Below are positions 56,741 to 64,000 of a stretch of 64,000 nt of DNA, in pieces. Numbering within the stretch: the first letter of the stretch is position 1; every line of letters begins with the position of its first letter. The notes under the pieces were generated by a model. The model saw nothing but the letters and a program-made list of their open reading frames with translations. It searched no databases and had not been told where the DNA came from. Position numbers and translations under genes: made by a program. This DNA comes from Macrostomum lignano (Eukaryota), in assembly GCA_002269645.1 (NCBI GenBank), contig NIVC01001234.1, positions 124,001 to 188,000 on the forward strand, read 5' to 3'.

Positions 56741-59021
56741 TTCTCCTATATTTCATGCCTCTCACCCTCTATCGCAAGCATTATTCTGGACCCCCATTAT
56801 TAATTTCGCTCTGCTCAGCTGCTTTCATTGACTTGCTACTTGTAGATTTACCGGCAGAGTGGTTCTCAATCTGACCTGTTGTGCCCTCAGTTGTCTGCTC
56901 AACCAACTCTGCAGGTGCTCAATTCCATTCAGCCGGAGTCAAGAGGGCCGCTTGGAGAGGACAGCCTGAAGGGGCCACTCAGCAGTCCGGGCCGCCTGTC
57001 TGGCTCCCACTGCAGCTCCCCTCCGACCCGCGTGACCCCTCAGTCCGGTGACAAGCATTGACTCCGCTGCTGCTCCGAGCTTTTCCAACTGTTTGAATTT
57101 CGGAGGCAGCGCTGCTCAGGCGATTTCAGCCGCGTATGCAGACTCCGCCAAAGCCTCATCGTATGACAAATGGCTCGCGATAGCGCCTGAAGAGGCTGGC
57201 TAATGATGAAGGGCGGGCTTCGTGGGATTATCGAAAGGAGCGGCGGATGAGGCAGAGAGAGAGAGAAAAAAGACAAATTTGCGAATAGGTTGGAATTAAT
57301 AATTCAGTTTATTGGCGAATCCATTTCGGCCTGGCGCTCCGGTCTCCGCCCGATTCCCCAATCAATTATCGCCAGGTAGGCAGCCCCCCCCCCCAACAAG
57401 ACGGGCTTCATCCGATTAGGAGGCTGAAAGATTTCCTGATATCCGCTCGATCCCACCTGGGGCTTGGGATCTAGATGAGAATGAGGATAAATCTGTAGTG
57501 AGAAAGAGAGAGAAGAGGAGAGGTGAGAGCGGAGAAAGGAGGGAGGAGGGAGGGGAGAGGAGAGATCAGAATCCAGGGAAGCGTCACCAAGGAAGCTCGC
57601 GCAAACACCGGGGATTTGACGGGCATTCGCAGATTTTATCCTACGATCTAATTATGCTATGGTTGCTCTGCCCCTCTCCGCAGTCGCAATATCTAGATTC
57701 CTGCAGGCCCGGCTGCCAGGTCGGGCGGCTGCTTTGCAGTGAAATTTATGAACCCAAGCCGCTCCCCGCCAGGCCTCTCCTCTGTTCCTGCAGATTCCCG
57801 GAACGACAGTTGCGAATTGGCACTCAGTTGATGGACAGGTGAGATAGCGGCTGTCAATTGCGGCAGAATCCCGGATATAAACTGAAAGTCCGCGCCCAGC
57901 CCCATTGCTTCAATCTGCGTTGGGATTCATTGATTAGCCAGGGAAATCGAAAGCACCTGTTCGAAGTTTTCCTGTGCTACATCTCCCCCTCCCAGCTGCC
58001 TCATGCGGAACTGCGGGTCCCCTGCCTGTGCTATCGAAGAGTTTGACGGCCTCGCTGTGACAGCAGATGACGCGCCGCGCATGGCTCGAATCTCAATAAA
58101 TCAAGTTTGAAATGCCGATGAGGAGTAATTGTAAACTCTGTTTCGCTCAGGTGTTTAATAATGCCCAGTGCGTCCTGACTGAATTTCTGGGCTGCTCGAG
58201 GCCGCCACCTGCCAATCTGAGGACCGCAGAGCCGGAGTGGGCGAGCGGGAAGAAGATGGACACGGAAGACTGCGCTCGCCGAAGCCTGGGGATTAGGCAC
58301 CTGGACACCCCGGCCTCTTTATTGAAGCCCCTACTCACGCGGTGGGATATTGGGGGTGAGGATTCCGCGCGTGCGAGATGGGATATCAAAGTGTTTTGAG
58401 TTTGAGTGCGGGGAGCGAGTAGCGGCAGTGCGGTGGGCAAAATCCAATTGCGGCACTTGTCGGTGGGAATCGGGAAGTGGGGGACGCTGGCAGGATTCGC
58501 CACCTTCAAAGCTGATGGAGAGAAGTGGATGCTGGCCCCATTCCCAACTCATCCTCCGCGGTCCATTAAGGAATTGAGGGGACAGGCTTTGGGATTTCGA
58601 TCGGCGGGCTTACGGCGGGAGACAGAGCTGAAGGAGAGAATTTTTGAGTAAGCAGAGACCCCCCCCCCCGATTTTATTGAATCCGATCGATGGCCGATCA
58701 ATGCCGGGTTGGAATGACGGGTGGAGTGCGGCAGCCGGGCTGAGACAGCTCAGCTTTGCCGGCCAAGTCTGAAGTGATGCATTTTGAATCTGCACTCAGG
58801 GCCTCAAGCATGAGAATGAGAGCTGGCATGAGAATACTCAGCTCGTATTCTTGGGAGCATTGTTCGGAGTCAACATGGAGGAGACTCTCTCTGAAAGCTG
58901 TGTTGACTTTTAAAGCGCAAGAAGCCTCGCAGAGACTACAGAACTTGAACTAATAATATAATCATCATATAATCAGGTAAATTGGCTCGCTTAGCAAGTA
59001 AGATGAAAAGAAGTTTCCCCA

Positions 59022-59185
59022 GACACCCTCAATTACCCCAGCTAATGCTGACACCAATTTTACAGCTGGGTGAACTGAAGCAATGCGGAGTTTAGCTTCT
59101 TGCTCAAGGACACCAATTGGTCCAGTGGGATGGGAATCGAACCCCCGCACCTTCAAGTCGTTAGTCCGACACTAGTCTACAATCC
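59022..59185 (-). mobile_element. CORE-SINE copy 5 (head plus core, 3' part missing)
   Basis: Reverse-complement B box 'ggttcgattccc' and core 'gtgtccttgagcaagaagctaaactccgcattgcttcagttcacccagctgtaaaattgg'. Confidence 0.82.
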
Positions 59186-60500
59186 GCTTGAACTAACTTC
59201 AGGGTAATTTGTATTTTCTAAAGGACTAGTCCAAGCAATGGATTGCAGGACATTGTCAATAGTATGAGAAATGCGTAGACTCTGCAGCCGTGTTTATCAG
59301 TCTGCTAAGCTCATAACTGGCATCGCCGACGCCAACATTCGAAGACTGATGCGAGGCCAAAACCAAAATTCACTCCGCTAGGGCTGCGGGAGCTGCTGCA
59401 AAACAGTGCGCAGCCTGCGAGCGTACAGACCGCCAATTAGCCTTCCCTGTTAATGAAAACTGAAGTTCAATTCCCTGCGGGCCGCTCTCTGCCCCCATCT
59501 CCCCCCTCTCTCTTCCCTCTTCCCTCACAAAGAAAAATTGCTAAATTGTCAAATCCCAACATGTGGCGCGACAGGATCACGGCAGAATCTTCCCTTTCCA
59601 CTTCGATAGCTTTCCCTTCCTGCCCGGCCTGCCCGCCAATGGCCGGCCGCCGGAGGCTGGGGAATGGCGGTTAAAGCAGCGCCGGCTATCAGCCTCATCA
59701 TCCATCCAGATCCCATTCCAGTCTCCTCAGCCCGACTCAGCGCCTCCCCAGCCTCCCAGGCCCAATCGCCGATTGCCGCATTCCATCGGGCCGCCCGCCT
59801 CAGCCTCCGCCGCATCGCATTCAATTTATATCCCCCTTCATCTGCGCCCCGGGAACGCCGCATCTGAACAGCCAGCTTCGCGAATCCCGCAGCCGGACAG
59901 CCAGATTCGAACCGCCCACCGACAATCTGCAAAAAACGCACAGGTAAGGAGAAATCAGGAATCTTCTATTCGGGTGGGACATCAATTAAGCGGTGATAAA
60001 TTTTATTCCCCAATAGTAAAATCCCCGCGGTTGCGCAGTTCTTCATTGCATCGGTGGAGTAGAAAAACTTTGCTCTTTTGGACGCTGCCGGCTTTCTGTT
60101 ATTTCTCGCGATGAAGTTAATTATGGCTCTGCCGGCTCTCCGTCTGATTCTCCGCCCCGCTTCCTACCGGCGGCCGGACCTGCCGTCTCCCCATGGGGAT
60201 AATTCCGGCTAGGGGGAACGATACGGGGGGAATTATATTGTTTTTTATAGACAGATTTTTCGGACTGCCTCGAATTTGCCGCTGAGCGAAGGAGGGCGGG
60301 AGGTGAAAATTGGTGGAACAGAAAAAAATACGAGCTTCTCCGTGTCTCCGGGCGCCTCGATGACTCATCGCCTGGCACCGAAAATAAGTCTAGGGACCAA
60401 ATTTCTTTAAGGGGGTGATGACCCGGCCCCATAAAACCTCCGGTTTGCATAGCGCAGCATAATAACTGACTGCCCTCTCCGCTGCCAACTCCTCGCAGTC

Positions 60501-61325
60501 ATGACCGCAGCGCCAGCAACCAGCCTGCCGCTGTCCGCAGAGGTCCCGCCGAGGCGCTCCGCCCTGGACGATGTCGACGAGCGCGGCGGCCCAGCGACGA
60601 CGGCTGAAGCTGACGAAGTTGTCAACGATGAGTTGATGACGGAGGCTGAGGTTGACGAAACCGACGAAAGAGAGCGCCGTCCGGAGAATGACTGCGGCGG
60701 CGAGGCTGACGACGAGCTCGAGGAGCAGCTCGACCTTCGCCTGCCGAAGCTGCGCCGCACCGGCGAGGCCTTGACCGGGTCGCCGTCCCCGCAGCGGCAG
60801 CGGCAGCAGCAGCAGCCACAGCAGCAGAGGCAGTTGCTGCTCCCGCCGCCGATGCCGCCGCATTCGCGGCCTTCGCAGCCGATGCCACCGACGTCGCTGC
60901 CGATGCCGCCACGGGATTTCCTTGCCCAGCGAGACTTCCTGCTGGCCCAGCAGGAGTTCTTCGCCCACCATCACCAGCAGTTACTGGCCAGGGAGGCCGC
61001 TGCCGCCGTCGCAGCCTCCGTGCCGTTCCTTCAAGCCCGGCCGGGCGGCCTGCCGCTGCCGCTGGGCCTCGGGCGTCCACCGGCACCGCCGCCGCTGCCG
61101 TCTGCTCAGATGCCTCCGCCACCGCCGTCCTCGTCGTCCGCGCTGATGCCGCCGACATCCGGGTTGCTCGGCAGGTCTGACGGCGAGGAGGAGCAGCGGG
61201 GAGGCACGCCGGAGAGCCTGACGCCGCCGCCGTCGGAGAAGGTCGGCCTGGGCCTCGGCGACGACGGCTCGCCGGACGACAGCGACGCCGGGCACCACTG
61301 GACCTTTGAGGAGCAGTTCAAACAG
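60501..61325 (+). CDS. ARID3: First coding exon of an ARID3 / dead ringer family transcription factor (the rest lies beyond the recognisable sequence)
   Basis: Acidic and Q/P/A-rich N-terminus ending HWTFEEQFKQ|gtgcca. W(T/S)(F/Y)EEQFKQ directly precedes the ARID domain in ARID3/dri proteins. No ARID-domain exon was found in this window. Confidence 0.8.
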
Positions 61326-63689
61326 GTGCCAGATTTGTTAATATTGTTGAGCATCAATTCCTGCACAGAAACAAAGCATAAAATTTTCACAGATAACCAG
61401 AAGCGGTAATTAAGGAAGGTGAACTAGCCAATTCTCCCCCGATTTCACTTCTTTGTTCCCGGGCGCGATGGCTGCCAATTTGCCGCAGCCAGCGGATTCA
61501 AGGGGGTGGGGGCGGGCGGCTAATTCGAATGCTAATTTCCCGAACACTGGCCGGCTGTCGGCGCGTCCAGGGGAGATCCAGGAATAACCGAGCCTGAATG
61601 GGGGACGGGGCCTGCCAGGCAGGGAAATCAGCAACTTGGAGGATCAGAATCCCCGCAAGAAAGGCCACAAGGGCGTGTTATTCCAGCATAACACGACTCG
61701 GTAATTGGGATAATTCGCGCAGTAAATAATCCTCTAGCGGGCCCGGCTTTCTTCCAAGCCCCCCCCCCTGACTGATCACTGAGCCAACAAAAGTGTGCCG
61801 CGGGAACAGATGCTCCCCCCTTCACTCCGGCCGCCCCCTCCGGATTCGCACGTCACACCTTGGCCCAGTTGGGAATGGAAAATAAATAAGATAATTATCT
61901 CCCTGCCGCCGGGGCGCCGCCCTCCCCCATCCGAGCATTGATATTTCTCTGATTCTTTTTTTTCAAAAAAGAAGAAGCCAGAAACGTCAGCAGAAAAAAG
62001 CAAGACTCGGATCTCTGGCAGCATTGATGGCCTCGCTAAATGATAAATCTTTGTTGCCGCGGAGGCTGATTTTCGCTCGAACCCCCTCACCTCCCCATCT
62101 GCATCACCCGGCGGGATCGCTGCGGGGCCCCAGGGAATCTCCAGTCGCTAGCAAAGAAACCACTGAATTCTCCACGCGCCGCCTGGCCCAGGTAGGAAGC
62201 AGATCCAGCTCTCTCTCTTCGCATCCCGGCTCAACAGCGCAGACTTAAATTGCCGGGAAAGTGGCTCCATCCGACCCCCCCGCCATTGCGATAGTCGCAG
62301 CGCGGGCACCGATGCGGAACTTCAGGCAGTCCCTCCGCCTACCGCCGCCTCTCTGCAACCATCGCCCCCCCCCAATCTGCTGAGTCTCTACTCAATAGAC
62401 ACTCAGTTGCAGGCGGGAGTCAGCTGGGCCGGTGAGGCCATGTAAGATCAGCCAGGCGTGAGGTGGTGGAACCCCGAGCCGGGTTATCCCTGCCGGGGGT
62501 CCGCCTAAATAATCTGCAACAATGAGACAGAATTCCTCGCGATCAGCTCAGCCTCCCCTCCCTCCTCATCTCGTTTTGGAATTCTTTTTTTCACAGCAAG
62601 CGCAGGCAACCACTTGTTCCACCGGCGTCCCCCAAAAAGCTGCCGGCCTCTGCAACAACAGCAATTTTTCAAATAAATGGGAGAATTGGGGGAATAAAAG
62701 AGAGTTGAGAGAGAGGGGGGATGAACTCCCAGGATTCAGGCCGCAGCCACGCATGAGAGAGCCTCTGCTGATCCTCTCGCATCTCCGCCCCTCTGCCGGT
62801 AAACAGATTTTTCGTTCCCATCAGATTCTCCCACTCACTGCATCGGCCAAGCGCGACCCGCATTCATTGATTTCCCAATTGCTTAAATCTCCCAATTTCT
62901 CCCATCGCTCCACCCCACGGCCACCCGCTGCGCCGCTCTGCTCCCAGAGAATTCCACAACACGGCGGCCGGCCCAGCTTGAGGCCCCCGCGCGGCATTCC
63001 GGCGGAGCGCGGAGCCAATTTAGGGATGACAAGTTCCTGCGCCAGGCCAGGCTAAATTGGCCCGAATACGCCTCGCATTATTTCACCTCTCACTCATTGC
63101 CTCGATATCTGCCTATCTATCTACCCTATCTACCAATATCCCGCTGCCAATCCGCTACCCGTGGGGAAGAATGGAATGCAGTCAGGGTAGGTGAGAGCGA
63201 TTTCAGGTTAATTGAAGTGGATTCCAAATCGCTGACTTGGTGCTCTGTCCCGACGATAAGACTCGTTGGTGCCCTCCCTGGTCCCAGTCAATTTTTTCGA
63301 GTGATGGCTCCCCTTCCACAGGCTGAAACATCAAAGAGCCTGGAAGTGCCTTCATTCACAGACGGGCAAATTGGCTCGGGGGGGGGGGAATTGCGAATCT
63401 CTTAGGCGGAAGTTTCACAGATTTGCAGCCCATTGAGAGCCAAGGCGCAAGACAAAGACCCGCCCAGTGAGTAAAATATACAGCGGTCAAATCTGTCTTT
63501 TAGTGGGCCGGATAAAGACCGACTGCCTACTGCTAGCAAGTAATCAATCTAACAATATGTATCTGCCAACTAGCTGGTCTACCTATCTATCTATTTATCT
63601 ACCTGCTTATCTTCTACTTGTCTACCATCGTATCTGCTCATCAATTACTCTACTCATCAACCCACCTGTCTATCTGCTAATAAACTAAC

Positions 63690-64000
63690 TACCCACCTAC
63701 CTATCACCTACTTACCTACCTACCTACCTACCTTACCTATCTACCTACCAACCTACCTACCTACCTACCTACCGACCTACCTATCTACCTACCTATCTAC
63801 CTTACCTACCTACCTATCTACCTACCTACCTACCTACCTATCTACCTACCTATCTACCTACCTACCTACCTACCTACCTACCTACCTACCGACCTATCTA
63901 CCTACCTACCTACCTACCTACCTTACCAATCTAACTACCTATCTACCTACCTATCAACCTACTATCTTTCAAACTACCTACCTACCTACCTACCTACCTA
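63690..64000. repeat. (CTAC)n microsatellite running off the window end
   Basis: Directly visible. Confidence 0.95.

Noticed and set aside
56070-56874. Pro/Ser-rich ORFs of 253 and 264 aa
   Set aside because: They are minisatellite translations.
57000-63500. Many short ORFs around the ARID3 exon, and AT-rich motifs suggesting autoregulation
   Set aside because: GC-rich non-coding DNA yields such ORFs by chance, none has a domain signature, and AATTAA-type motifs are too common to be evidence.

Overview
This is eukaryotic (animal) genomic DNA with spliced GT-AG genes and dense minisatellites, not prokaryotic DNA. The repeat load and gene style suggest a flatworm such as Macrostomum, but that is inference only. 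The main content is a ~40 kb cluster (13.1-53.4 kb) of highly divergent ionotropic glutamate receptor (iGluR/IR)-like genes, labelled here by me. On the + strand are a doubly deleted pseudo-copy (psiC), gene B, an orphan signal-peptide exon, gene C, B' (near-identical to B, with a 1-bp frameshift) and gene D. A more distant paralog E is convergent on the - strand. All full-length copies have 10 coding exons with largely shared intron positions and phases, remodelled SYTANLAAF gates and non-canonical ligand-binding residues. Flanking genes are a 5-exon NAD kinase (-, 7.1-10.7 kb) and the first coding exon of an ARID3/dead-ringer transcription factor (+, 60.5-61.3 kb). Mobile DNA includes five copies of a tRNA-headed SINE with a MIR-like CORE domain, an RTE-type LINE RT fragment, a decayed Ty3/Gypsy with a nested TSD-flanked insertion, and a MITE with an 8-bp TSD. 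Exon boundaries, alignments and residue equivalences were done by eye; no database searches were run.
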